64,000 bases of DNA from Eledone cirrhosa (Eukaryota). The notes below the pieces were generated by a model. That model was not told the origin of the DNA. It worked only from the letters and a program-made list of their open reading frames with translations, and searched no databases. Below are positions 40,103-53,473 of the stretch, one piece after another; position 1 is the stretch's first letter, and each line of letters starts with the position of its first letter. The position numbers and the translations under genes are program-made. The stretch spans positions 20,336,001 through 20,400,000 of the forward strand of contig OZ024760.1 in NCBI GenBank assembly GCA_964016885.1, read 5' to 3'.

Positions 40103-40424
40103 ATTGTTTTTACTTTTGGCACAAGGCCAGCAATTATCCAGTGCATTACTGCTACTTTATTTTATCGACCCCGTAAGGATGAAAGGCAAAGTTAACCTCG
40201 GCGGGATTTGAACTCAGAATGGCAAGGGCCGTAACTCTAAGCGTCAAAGCATGGCGTCCGACCCTCTACCGATACTGCCACTCCACCACATATATATATA
40301 TATATATAATGTGTGTGTGTGTATGTGTATATATGTATATATTTATGTATGTAGGAAATTCTGTCACACCATCACCATCCCTTCCCCTTAATTCTGTCCA
40401 ACCATGCCATCCCCTAATCCTTAG

Positions 40425-40745
<321 letters not shown>

Positions 40746-40789
40746 TAACACTTGATATTGGAGGAAAAAAGTCTTAATGTTTCAGACAC

Positions 40790-40843
<54 letters not shown>

Positions 40844-41229
40844 TGTGTGTGTGTGTGTCATTTTTCATCATTTTACGTCCGCTTTTCCCTGTTTGTGTGT
40901 ATATAGAAATATATATACAAATACAAATATGTATATACAATATATATTATATATATATATATATATATAATCAATAACAAAGAACGCCTATGGCATATGC
41001 ATATCTTTACTTGCTAACATTGTTTCATCCGCACTATAAGTTATGTTAGAAACAATGTTAGCAAGTAAAGATATGCATATGCCATAGGCGTTCTTTGTTA
41101 TTGATTATATCACGGCTCTGTCCTCAGACATCGAGCTAACCTTATACTGCCTGTTGGATAAGGGGAGTGTTATACACCCCTGATCCTCTCCCTAATATAC
41201 TATATATATATATATACATATATATATAT

Positions 41230-41285
<56 letters not shown>

Positions 41286-41606
41286 GCACACAATATATAT
41301 CATCATCATCATCGTTTAATGTCTATCTTCCACGCTAGCATGGGTTTAGATGGGAATTGTCCCACTTGAGGCAAGATTGGTCGGGAGACCGTGTCTCTCG
41401 CTCATATAGAACTGTCTGGCAGGTTTTCTACGGCTGGATGCCCTTCCTAACACCAACCACGTTTACAGTGTGAACTGGGAGGTTTTTACCATGTTACCTC
41501 ACAGCCACATTACAGCGTGGACTGTGTGTTTTTTGTCGTGACACCTACACGACCTCATTTATTTGGGACTGGATGTTTATAAATATATATTATATATAAA
41601 TATATA

Positions 41607-41843
41607 CAGTAATCCCCTGCTATATCACGGTTCACTTTTCACAGTCCTGCTACATCGTGGATTTTTCATTAGAACATATCTATTTTCTTTTATTGAGTTT
41701 ATATGAGTTTATATCTAGGAAAGGTATTTTAAGGCTTAAACTATGAAAACAATGGTTGTCTTTAGGGTCTCTCTATATTGCAGATTTTCATTTATTGCGG
41801 TTAGTTCTGGAACGTATCCCCCGCGATAAAGGAGGGATTACTG
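41607..41843. mobile_element. Tc1/mariner-pogo (Tigger-like) MITE
   Basis: TA|CAGTAATCCC ... GGGATTACTG|TA terminal inverted repeats. Confidence 0.75.
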
Positions 41844-42277
41844 TACACACACACACAGACACACACACACACACACATGTATGAGGTTGATGTAGTTGAT
41901 GTTATCTGCAGGAAAATATATAGACAGAGGGATTTTGTTCTGGGGGAGAAGGACTGGGTTTGTGGTTAGTATGATGTCTAAAGGTGGACACAACATATTT
42001 CACTTGAACTCCAAATTTAGGGTTTATTTCTACCATTTATGTATTATGTAATTTGGTTATTTCCCCCCCCCCCCCCTCTTGAAAAGTGTGATGATTTCTA
42101 TTATTGAATCCTCTTTGACTGACAGATAAATGTGGTCACATTATTTGGTGTGAGTATGGTTTTATTTTCAAACATTGTTTTACTAATCTAATACTACACT
42201 TCAATTTCTTCTCTTTCTTTGGATTCTCTCCAACTACAGCCTACAACTTTGTCTTCTTTTTATAAAAAACATTTGCA

Positions 42278-42941
42278 GGAATTTTGATACAACCATATCA
42301 CTGGGTTTTATTACTTAACATGGAGGAATTTGACACAATGATATCACTGGGTTTTATTACTTAACATGGAGGAATTTGACACAATGATATCACTGGGTTT
42401 TATTACTTAACATGGAGGAATTTGACACAGATATCACTGGGTTTTATTACTTAACATGGAGGAATTTGACACAATAATATCACTGGGTTTTATTACTTAA
42501 CATGGAGGAATTTGACACAGATATCACTGGGTTTTATTACTTAACATGGAGGAATTTGACACAATAATATCACTGGGTTTTATTACTTAACATGGAGGAA
42601 TTTGACACAATAATATCACTGGGTTTTATTACTTAACATGGAGGAATTTGACACAATGATATCACTGGGTTTTATTACTTAACATGGAGGAATTTGACAC
42701 AATGATATCACTGGGTTTTATTACTTAACATGGAGGAATTTGACACAATGATATCCCTGGGTTTTATTACTTAACATGGAGGAATTTGACACAATGATAT
42801 CACTGGATTTTATTACTTAACATGGAGGAATTTGACAATGATATCACTGGGTTTTATTTCTTAACATGGAGGAATTTGACACAATGATATCACTGGGTTT
42901 TATTACTTAACATGAAGGAATTTGACAATGATATCACTGGG
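42278..42941. repeat. 46-bp minisatellite, about 14 copies
   Basis: Unit acttaacatggaggaatttgacacaatgatatcactgggttttatt. Confidence 0.96.
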
Positions 42942-43074
42942 CCCCGTGTCGACAGCGGGAAGGAATCCAACCCGCCGGCTAGGCGGTTCCGCTGCCAACC
43001 CGTACGCTCGCAACCCTTTACTGTACAAGAAACCCACTAACATTACTTTAATAATTGGTATGTCTCGCTTGCAC

Positions 43075-44285
43075 TGATGGATAGATCTTCTCCAGCATCA
43101 CATGTCACCATTCACTGCAGTCCTTTGTCATCTCTTTCACAAAGTTACAGCTTCTTGAGTTCAATCTCTATCATTTTCTTCCTCGCTCTCCCTCTCTCAT
43201 AGCTTCCATTCACTGCAAATACTCTATACAACCGAGATCTTTCATATATATCACATGTCGATACCAGCGCAGTCTTCTTTCTCTCTAGCACACTACATCT
43301 GATTCCTTTTTTTATCCAGCTTTTATCTTAGCTTATTTGTGCTTTATTGTCCATACATTAATATTACACATCCAGTAGAGCATGTTTGCCTCGTTTTTTT
43401 CCAGCCTTTGTAGATTTTCCGCATTCAAGCCCCATGTATTGCTACTATGTAACACTCTACTTCATACACAATTTGCTCTCCAGCAGAAGTCACAACTCTG
43501 AATACTGCCCCCCCCCCTCCCGTGTCCTTACTCTGGTTACAATGCTGTCATTACATTCACCTCTACTACTAGTTAGGCCAACCTAGGTAACAAAAGCTAT
43601 CAGCTACATTCTGTGAGCCTTCCGAGCCGAGTATCTGATTGAGCTTGTTTTCTCTATATTCTTACTACAATCAACTCTTGTGCATCTGACTTATACAAAG
43701 TCTGTCTTCTCTATCAGCCTGTCTATGATAGCATTACACTTCTAATGCACCTATAATATGGAACTTCTACCTGCTTCTTTTTCTGCATATTGAGCATGAC
43801 TATTTCCCTGGTGATAGCAGGGTCTTGTTTTGTTTACTTACTAAAATGTCTTTGCTAAGTTAACATTAAGGCCTCTTGATTCATAGTTTTGCTTCCATGT
43901 CTGGAATTTCTTCTCCAACTCTTCTACAGATTCAACTATAGGATATATGTAATCAGCTTAAAGTAGTTTCCATAGACAGCCTGTGTTAATCACCCCTGTT
44001 ATGGCTTGGAGGGCTGTAATAATAATTTAAAAAAAGGTGGGGTTAAGAATTGGGTTCAGAAAAAGCTCTCCATTGCTCGTTGCTAAACTCGTTTCTAACT
44101 TACACTTCTGTACTTAGCTGCTTTTACATCCCTTAAAAATCATTCCTTAGCAATCATAATATCATTGGGTATGGGACTCTGCAAAATGCCTTCTTAAGAT
44201 CAATGAGTACTAACTATAGGGATTTATTTCTTGCTGAGTAGTTTCTCCTACAGGTGTCTTACAAGAAAGATGGCATTAGTCGGGA
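43075..44285 (-). mobile_element. Degenerate RTE LINE reverse transcriptase to 3' end
   Basis: Minus-strand remnants AIFLVRHL*EK, LIDLKKAFCRVP, ERRLRWYRHV, GSYERGRARK, with many stops and frameshifts. Confidence 0.8.
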
Positions 44286-45487
44286 GTGGATTAAATTTTC
44301 ATTGGGTGGGACTCCCAGGCTGAAAATTGTATCAGGGCTCTTGTGTCAAACTGATTTTAATTTACTATCTTGGTTTTTAGAATAGGTACACCATTTTGTG
44401 TCATAAGAAGCGATTAAAGGGTTGATTTCAGGAAGGGCATCTGATGGAAAGTATTGCCTCAAAAAGTCCCATCCAACCCATGCCAGCATGTAAAAGAGAA
44501 CATTAAAAAAATCTCAATGAAATTAGGTATGAATTTAGGGTCCTTTAAATATTATGGACTCCTTGTTACAACTCCCTCACCCCTTAATCTACCACTGGTG
44601 TTGGTACAAAGAATGATTCTAAATTTTCCCATAATAATGGTTTCTAGTTTAGGCACAAGGCCAACAATTTGGGGTGAGGAGAAAGTCGATTGAATCAGCC
44701 CCACTGCATTACTGATACTTTATTTTATTGAGTCAGTAAGAATGGAAGGCAAAGCTAACCTTTGCACGATTTGAACTTAGAACGTAAAGGGATGTAACTC
44801 TAGGCTATGTTGTCCGACGCTCTACTGACACTGCTAATCCACTGCCGCTCAAGATGGTTGCCTAGTATCCTTTTCCATTCAACAGGTTACATGGGAGTGT
44901 GTATCTGTGAAACATATACACCAGGTCCAAACACAAAAGTACCAAACTCCCACTGTGACTACCTCCATCTCGCCTGCTCTCCCCATCTCTCATGTTCTAA
45001 TATATATGTATATATATACATACATACTTATATATATACAATATGTATATATATAATCCTTGTGTTTATGTGAATGTCAGTGTTCCAGCATATCAAAGCA
45101 GAAGATTGCTGTGGTCGTAGTTTAAATAGATAAATAGATAGATAGACTGTAGTATTCTAAGTTGTTTCTGTCTAACTTGTATTGACCCTTTAGTTACCAA
45201 CCCGGCCAAAACCAGCTCTGGTTCTATGAAATAAAGTCACCCATTTTAAAGGTTTCCAATTTAAATTATCCAACATAATTTTATATAGGAACCTTATTTT
45301 AAGTTACTATCTTAGTAATGAAATAATTAATAATTTTAATAAATTCCTAAAAATTCATTAGGAACGTGGTCATGAGAGGGTAATTATGTGTGCATCTTTC
45401 TGCTTTTCATCTCAAATGAAATTTCACTTCTGATTTTGAATTGTGTGTCAAATTCTTCCTTCCTATTTCTCAAAATGAAAGATTTTA

Positions 45488-45685
45488 TAATAAAATGGTG
45501 GGGAGTTTGCTTGTAGTTTGGTTAAATTATTTCATTTTAATATAAAATGGTGGGAGTTTGCCTGTGGTTTGCTTAAATTATTTCATTTTAATATAAAATG
45601 GTGGGAGTTTGCCTGTGGTTTGGTTAAATTATTTCATTTTAATATAAAATGGTGGGAGTTTGCCTGTGGTTTGGTTAAATTATTT
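45488..45685. repeat. Tandem repeat of about 54 bp, about 3.5 copies
   Basis: ataaaatggtgggagtttgcctgtggtttggttaaattatttcatttt repeats; source of the KWWEFACG ORF. Confidence 0.9.
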
Positions 45686-46149
45686 CTTTGTTTTTGTTGC
45701 ATTTGGTTTTGTTTTTATTTTATTTCTATATTTTATATATATTTTTGTTTTTATTTTATTTTTATATTTTATATATATTTTTGTTTTTCTTTTATTTTTA
45801 TATTTTATATATATTTTTGTTTTCTATATTACATTTTATTTTATTTTATTTTTTGGGGTTTCAAATTTACATTGTCATGTTCTGTTCTAGTGGTCCACAA
45901 ACACACATGTACACACATACCACATATATACACACACATACCACATATATACACACACAAACAGGCATGTACATACAGACACGTGCACAAACACACACAC
46001 ATACACGTGCATATACACTCACATACACTCACATAAAAACATTCATACACACATACACTCACACATGCAAGGTGCCCACCCACCTCCCAAATGTATACAC
46101 ACTTCAACAGCATTCTAATCAGTGTATGCATTTTGGGGGGATCACCCTG

Positions 46150-46188
<39 letters not shown>

Positions 46189-47301
46189 AGGTGAAGTTGG
46201 AAATAGCACGGATAATATATTTTAGTGTTTGTTTTTCTTTTTTTCCTTTCTTTGATTCGTCAAAGAAGTGACATTATTGAAAAGATGAGAGGGACAATTC
46301 TTTTTAAAAAAAATTTTATAATGTATATATATAGTATATAAAGTATTACCGGTTTCGATGTATTATTAAAATTCATCTTATCAAATGTTGAGTTAAAAAG
46401 AATTAATAGGAATTAAAATTTTAAAATTCTTTCAAAATTAAAAAAAAACCAGAGCAGAGTATCAGAAGTGGCTCTCAAACAGGAACTTCTGGAACGAGTA
46501 ATTTGTTCTCTCTTATTTTGTGGTGTGTGTGTGTGTATATATAACAATACACACACAGATGTGTGTGTGTGTGTGTGTGTTTTTTTCAGCCTGTCTGTCA
46601 CAGGTCCCTTTGTGGTGGGAAATTTAGAAAATCTTCAAAATTAAAAAAATCTCTCAAATTAAAAAAAATTTTCAAAAATTAAAAAAACGGAGCAGAGTAT
46701 CAGAAGTGGCTCTCAAACAGGAACTTCTGGAATGAGTAATTTTTTCTCTCTTATTTTGTGGCATGTGTGTGTATGGGGAGGATCAAATGGGAAAATAGAA
46801 ACGGACATCTTTTATAAACCCACTGACTCCAAACATTACCTCCTATTCACTATACATACACTCTCTAAAACCATATTCCAATAATAGAATTTCCTTTACA
46901 ACCTTACTGCTGCCATAGAATTTGTCTCAAGCTTACAATTCCCCATCCCCATTTGAACTCTTGACCAGTCAATTAACACAATCAGATATACACACATAAA
47001 TTAACAGAATATTTCCTTTGCCCCCAAAAAACAATTTTGTTCCATGAAGAAACACAACCACCAACACTACTGCTACTATTATCACTACACACCTCTCTCT
47101 ATTCACAAGAACTCATTCTCCAGTCCACTTCTGAGCAAGGAAGATGGGGAAAAACTTACTCCAACACTTATATTTATTTATATATATATTTATTTATATA
47201 TATATATATTTATATGTTAGGTAATTCCAAAGGAAATGCAAAGGAAAAAAGAGTGCTTTACTTTTTTTACTTATGTTTTCGCAGCCTTAATGTTCATATA
47301 C

Positions 47302-47345
<44 letters not shown>

Positions 47346-48935
47346 ATAGAATGAGAAAATGTGAAGTAGTTTCAGATGTTAATGTCCTTTATTGGTAATG
47401 CTGTGATACATATTTCAATGACGACAGTGGCCATATGATTCTGTGTACCCAGTGCCGTGTCATCATCAGACAGCTTCTTATATAATAAGGTTACATTCTC
47501 AAGGCAATCCAAACAGAAACGACGAGGGAACAGACAAGGCGTGTGTCCTTGGTTCGCCTGTCCGTTCTCCTGTGGTCAACAATTCACCTCAGCAATTCTG
47601 CACAGGCGCAAACGAAAGCTGGTCATCGACAGCACCAAATTTCTCAAAACTAGTCTAGGCATGTCCACCGCGCCACTTCCAACCAAACGACCACCCAGTC
47701 CAGGTTTGTAATATGACACTGTTAAATTATGCTGCAAGTGACAACTAGCCAAAGTCAAGTGGTGGTGGTGGCAAAGTAAGAGACCTAGTAGGCCCTAATA
47801 CCACCCCTACTTTCTGCCTGGACAATGGCTTTGGGAATATAAACTCATTTCTAGATATTATGGTTTCACAGTGGAAATTAAAACTTAAAAATTAAAACCT
47901 TGATTCAAGTGAATAAAAAAGTAAAAAAATAATTTATAAAGAGTAAATAGGGAGAGGTTTAAATTAAAGTAAGAAGTTTAGAAAAGGGGGTCTATATTGG
48001 ATACTTCAGATGTATTATCTTATATATTATTATTATTAGCGAGTCGGACGCCATGCTTTCCAGCATAGTTGCGTCTCTTTACGATCTGAGTTCAAATCCC
48101 GCCGAGGTTAACTTTGCCTTTCATCCTTACGGGGTCGATAAAATAAAGTACCAGTAATGTACTGGGTAATTGCTGGCCTTGTGCCAAAAGTAGAAACAAT
48201 TATTATTATCAAGGGCGGTCAATTGGCAGAGGGTCGGCCATGCTTTACAACATAGTTACGTCCCTTTACGATCTGAGTTCAAATCCCGCCGAGGTTAACT
48301 TTGCCTTTCATCCTTACGGGGGTCGATAAAATAAAGTACCAGTAATACCACTGGGATAATTGCTGGCCTTGTGCCAAAAGTAGAAACAATTATTATCAAT
48401 ATATTGGACGCTAGTACGATAGTAGCGTATAGTAGAACAGAACATAAATTAAGGTATGAAATGTAGTAATTAGGTAAACAATTAGTTGATATCTTCTTCT
48501 ACCACACAAATCAAAACAAAACCAAGGGAAATGTAGGAGAAAAAGTATGAGAAAGGCAAACATGTGTATTGGTGTGGAGATGAAGGTAGAAGTGGTGGAA
48601 ATGTTGGTCAATTTGACCATGAAAAGTGTATGTAAAAATTCATTGTCGGCTGGAGTGAGGAGGCCCCAGTGCACGCTGCGAGTAGCAGCCAGAAAGTAAG
48701 GGGTTTTACGTTGCTTTTCAGGTCTGCCTAATTCACTGGTCGAAAGATTGTTTATAATTTTGAGTTCATCCAGTAGTACATGTGTGTGTGTGTGTGTGTG
48801 TTTGCATACATGTGCGTGCGTCATTGTATGTGTGTTTGCGTATGTGTGTGTGTGTCTGCGTATGCATATGTGTGTGTCTGTGGACGTGTGTGTGTATTTA
48901 GCTAGTATATATATATATAGATATATATATATATA

Positions 48936-49270
48936 CTAGCTAAATTACCCGGCGTTGCCCGGGTTGCTGCTGTTCTTATTCAGATTAGTAAATAAATCTG
49001 AAGATATGTTTTTTTTTCTCATAATTATTTCTAAATATCTATCATAATCTATAATATTTTATAAAAAAGATATCAAAATTGTAATGATAATAGAATTTAG
49101 AAATGAAAATCTGTCAGTCTTGAAGAACCTTAGGGTAAACAATGTTCATTGTGTAATTTTTTGTTGGTGTTCAAATGAATAAATTGTTGCTACGCACTCA
49201 CTCACATACGCTCACATACATATACTAAGACACACACACACACACAGACATACAAGGTTATATCATTAAC
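48936..49270 (-). mobile_element. Non-autonomous Helitron (3' end clear, 5' end approximate)
   Basis: Minus strand CCCGGgcaacgCCGGGtaatttagCTAG|T. Confidence 0.7.
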
Positions 49271-49336
49271 AGTTTTCATGTGACATCAGATTCTCTCACA
49301 CACACACACACACATACACACATATATACACACACA

Positions 49337-49437
49337 CAGGGTGTCCCCAAAAAATGTATACACCCTTTGATTACCTGTACAGGCAATATTTATTAGAATG
49401 CTGTTGAAGTGTGTATACATTTTGGAGGGACACCCTG
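49337..49437. mobile_element. Tc1/mariner MITE of about 100 bp (related copy at about 46068-46149)
   Basis: CAGGGTGTCCC..AAAATGTATACAC / GTGTATACATTTT..GGGACACCCTG|TA. Confidence 0.75.
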
Positions 49438-49500
<63 letters not shown>

Positions 49501-49563
49501 ACGTGGCATATTATTATTCTAGTGATTGTTATTGTTATAATGTTGTAATGTTGTCTCCAACAG

Positions 49564-49716
49564 TTAGACAATCAACCACCACCTGATCTGTTCTGGGAAG
49601 GAGAAGATATGTTGTGTCCGAAAGACTCCAAGTTTCCTTTCCACCAGTTTCCTACGATCACCATTGCTTTAGCCATGGGAAATAACTCTGAGTTTCACCT
49701 TGTTGTCTCTCCAAGA
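49564..49716 (+). CDS. BACE1: BACE coding exon 7 (absent from the ORF track)
   Basis: ccaacag|TTA; LDNQPPPDLFWEGEDMLCPKDSKFPFHQFPTITIALAMGNNSEFHLVVSPR, compared with human FPDGFWLGEQLVCW...FPVISLYL...SFRITILPQ; donor AGA|gtaaga; 153 nt. Confidence 0.93.
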
Positions 49717-50326
49717 GTAAGATATCATCTTTTTTTACTTTGTTTTCATCTCTAAGAAGATATATATATATATATGTACTGTAACAATTGCGTTGTTATT
49801 TCTGTTTATATTTTACATACACACACACACACATATAATTGTTTCTACTATTGGCACAAGGCCAGCAAATATCCAGTACATTACTGGTACTTTATTTTAT
49901 CGACCCCGGTAAGGATGAAAGGCAAAGTTAACCTCGGCGAGATTTGAACACAGAATGGCAAGGGCCGTAACTCTATGCGTCAAAGCATGGTGTCCGACAC
50001 TCTACCGATACTGCCAATCCACCGCCCACACACATATAATGTGTATTATATACTTCTATATTTTTTACTAATTCTCTTGCCATATATAATTGTTTCTACT
50101 TTTGGCACAAGGCCAGCAATTATCCAGTGTATTACTGGTACTTTATTTTATCGACTCCGTAAGGATGAAAGGCAAAGTTAACCTCGGCGGGATTTGAACT
50201 CAGATCGTAAAGGGACGTAACTACGCTGGAAAGCATGTCCGACCCTCTACCGATAATGCCAATTCACCGCCTTCTCTTGCCATATATAATGTGTATTATG
50301 TCTAACTTACCTCTGTCTCTCTCTAG

Positions 50327-50414
50327 CAATATCTACGTGCTATTGGTGATGCTTCTGTCTCCCAAACGGAAAAAGAAGACTGTTTCAAGTTTGCCATAAC
50401 GAAATCTGATTCTG
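50327..50414 (+). CDS. BACE1: BACE coding exon 8 (absent from the ORF track)
   Basis: ctctctag|CAA; QYLRAIGDASVSQTEKEDCFKFAITKSDS(G), compared with QYLRPV...DDCYKFAISQSSTG; donor G|gtaaaa; 88 nt, phase 1. Confidence 0.93.
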
Positions 50415-50959
50415 GTAAAAATCTTTCTACGTTTCATATTTACTTTACATATGTACATAATATACATACATACATGCACACACACATCGGGCTTCACTGT
50501 AACACATACATACTTACACACAACAGGCTTCTATGTTTTATATTTAATTAGCATCTCTACACATATACATACACACACAACAGGCTTCTACAGTGTTTCC
50601 GTCTACCAAATCTCTTGTGTTGAGATATTAGTCAGCCAGTGGATACACAGTTGGAATCAACCAGAGCCACATCATTGTGAAGGAAACTTCTTAACTCCAC
50701 AACCGTGCTTTTGGCTATTTGTTAGAATTAAATCATTTTAAACACCACTACAAGTATTTAGGGCTTTGCTGTCTTGTCCAATTTTCCTCCACCGTTCTTG
50801 TAGGATTTATAAAAATACTATGGACATTGTCCTTCTACTTTGAACAAACCCAAAACAATTTAAACGATAAAAAATAAGAATAAACAACTACTGGAAAGGA
50901 AATCTCTGATTTCTCCGAAGAATAGAGAGAGTGAGAGAATGGAAGTCAGAAACATACAA

Positions 50960-52163
50960 CAACAACAACATCACACCATACACACACATCATCTCTGTTT
51001 ATCCAATATGTCTGACTTGTTATTGTTGTAGTTAATTTGATAGGATCTGTTATACAACACCACACCATATACATATATTCTATCTGTATCCAATGTCTGA
51101 CATGTTGTAGGGGTTCTTATACCACATAAACACCACCACACATGTGTAATCTATCTATCTGTATCCAATATGTCTGACCTGTTGTTGTAGGTGCTATGAT
51201 AGGAGCTGTTATAAAACATCACACCATACACATATTATCTCAGCTTATCCAATGTCTGACATGTTGTAGGGGTTCTTATACCACATAAACACCACCACAC
51301 ATGTGTAATCTATCTATCTGTGTCCAATATGTCTGACTTGTTGTTGTAGGTGCTATGATAGGAGCTGTTATAAAACATCACACCATACACATATTATCTC
51401 AGCTTATCCAATGTCTGACATGTTGTAGGGGTTCTTATACCACATAAACACCACCACACATGTGTAATCTATCTATCTGTATCCAATATGTCTGACTTGT
51501 TGTTGTAGGTGCTATGATAGGAGCTGTTATAAAACATCACACCATACACATATTATCTCAGCTTATCCAATGTCTGACATGTTGTAGGGGTTCTTATACC
51601 ACATAAACACCACCACACATGTGTAATCTATCTATCTGTATCCAATATGTCTGACTTGTTGTTGTAGGTGCTATGATAGGAGCTGTTATAAAACATTACA
51701 CCATACACATATTATCTCAGCTTATCCAATGTCTGACATGTTGTAGGGGTTCTTATACCACATAAACACCACCACACATGTGTAATCTATCTATCTGTAT
51801 CCAATATGTCTGACTTGTTGTTGTAGGTGCTATGATAGGAGCTGTTATAAAACATCACACCATACACATATTATCTCAGCTTATCCAATGTCTGACATGT
51901 AGGAGCTCTTATACCACATAAACACCACCACACATGTGTAATCTATCTATCTGTATCCAATATGTCTGACTTGTTGTAGGTGCTATGATAGGAGCTGTTA
52001 TAAAACATCACACCATACACATATTATCTCAGCTTATCCAATGTCTGACATGTTGTAGGGGTTCTTATACCACATAAACACCACCACACATGTGTAATCT
52101 ATCTATCTGTATCCAATATGTCTGACTTGTTGTTGTAGGTGCTGTGATAGGAGCTGTTATAAT
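50960..52163. repeat. 159-bp minisatellite containing the BACE exon 9 acceptor, about 7 copies
   Basis: ttgttgtag|gtgctatgataggagctgttataa, with exon-like starts at 51191, 51350, 51509, 51668, 51827 and 51980. The true exon starts at 52139. Confidence 0.96.
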
Positions 52164-52285
52164 GGAAGGTTATTACACTGTGTTTGACCGAAGCAACAAA
52201 ACAATAGGATTTGCTGAAACAACGTGCCTCACTGCAAACACGACTACCATGAAGTCAACAATACAAGGACCGTTTCTTAGTAAAG
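52139..52285 (+). CDS. BACE1: BACE coding exon 9 (absent from the ORF track)
   Basis: ttgttgtag|GT; (G)AVIGAVIMEGYYTVFDRSNKTIGFAETTCLTANTTTMKSTIQGPFLSK; donor G|gtttgt; 147 nt, phase 1. Confidence 0.94.
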
Positions 52286-52381
52286 GTTTGTGTTGTTGTT
52301 GTCTTATTTGACATTGTTGTTTTTGTTGTTGTTGCTTAACGGGTCTGCTGAGCAGATTGAGCTGGTGTCGGGTTTATAGCA

Positions 52382-52594
52382 TTAACCCTTTAGCATGTAA
52401 ACTGGTCATATCTGGTCAGAATTCTCTCTCCTCTTTCAGTTCAAACCGGTTATAACTGGCCACTCAAACCAATGTTAACGTATTGTTCTCAAAATCAATA
52501 TCAAAATGTCGTAGATTTGATATTATGTGAGATAAAGCCTTTTCTGTTAAAATACAATAGTATATATAGAGTAATGTAAATGCTAAAGGGTTAA
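52382..52594. mobile_element. piggyBac-like MITE (copies at 10722-10929, 22953-23639, 60866-61070, partial 61505-61927)
   Basis: TTAA on both sides; terminal inverted repeat CCCTTTAGCAT/ATGCTAAAGGG; shared internal sequence across copies. Confidence 0.8.
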
Positions 52595-53282
52595 TATAGA
52601 TTCTGAGCCACCCATTAGTATAGCAGATGTCAATTGAATTATAAGAGGCAGTTACAAAGCACTCAATGATATATATATATATCATCATCATCATTTTTAC
52701 ATCCACTTTTCCCTGCTTGCAAGGGTGGGACGAGAACTGATTCTGGCTTGATTTCTACAGCTGGATGCCCTTCCTTACACCAACCTCATTTACAGTGAGT
52801 GCTGGGTGCTTTTTGCTGTGGCACCTCCACAACCACTTTGCAGTGGAATGCAAATTATTATATTATATATATATATATATATATATATTAAAATAACAGA
52901 TTAAAGTTTAAGCAAAGAATCTTTGCTTAAACTTTAATCTGTTATTTTAATAAATATTTGCTTCAGGGTTCTTATATATTTGATATATATTTATCCTTAT
53001 CGAGCCCTCTTTGGATTTTAGTCTTCACATTTATTATTACTAATATATATATATATTAATTCAAGTATCTGTTAGTTACTTATAGCTGTCTGATGGGGTC
53101 ATAGCTGTTGCATAATTGTTATCACCGAAATGTATATAATAGCAACTATGAATAAAGAAAGTTAATTTTAGCCTGTTGACTTACACTTCATATTTATATG
53201 TGTGTGTGTGTATTAATTTGTGTAGTTAATATATTTTATATTCTAACATATCTGTTTCTTCTCTTTCTTTTCCTCCCTGCAG

Positions 53283-53473
53283 TAAATACAACCGACTGTT
53301 TATACCATGTTGTGGAACACAACGAGAAGTCTCTCCTCATTGTGGCCTACATTATGGCTGGACTGTGTACTTTCTGTGCTGTGCCACTGTTGCTCATTCT
53401 GGCGCAGTGGGTGAAAAAAGTTTGGAAACGGAAGCAAGAAAACCAAGACACAAACTACAAACTCTTCTCTTAA
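53283..53473 (+). CDS. BACE1: BACE coding exon 10 (transmembrane helix, cytosolic tail, stop)
   Basis: ccctgcag|TA; (V)NTTDCLYHVVEHNEKSLLIVAYIMAGLCTFCAVPLLLILAQWVKKVWKRKQENQDTNYKLFS*. IAYVMAAIC-like TM helix. Total CDS 1524 nt = 507 aa + stop. Confidence 0.95.
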
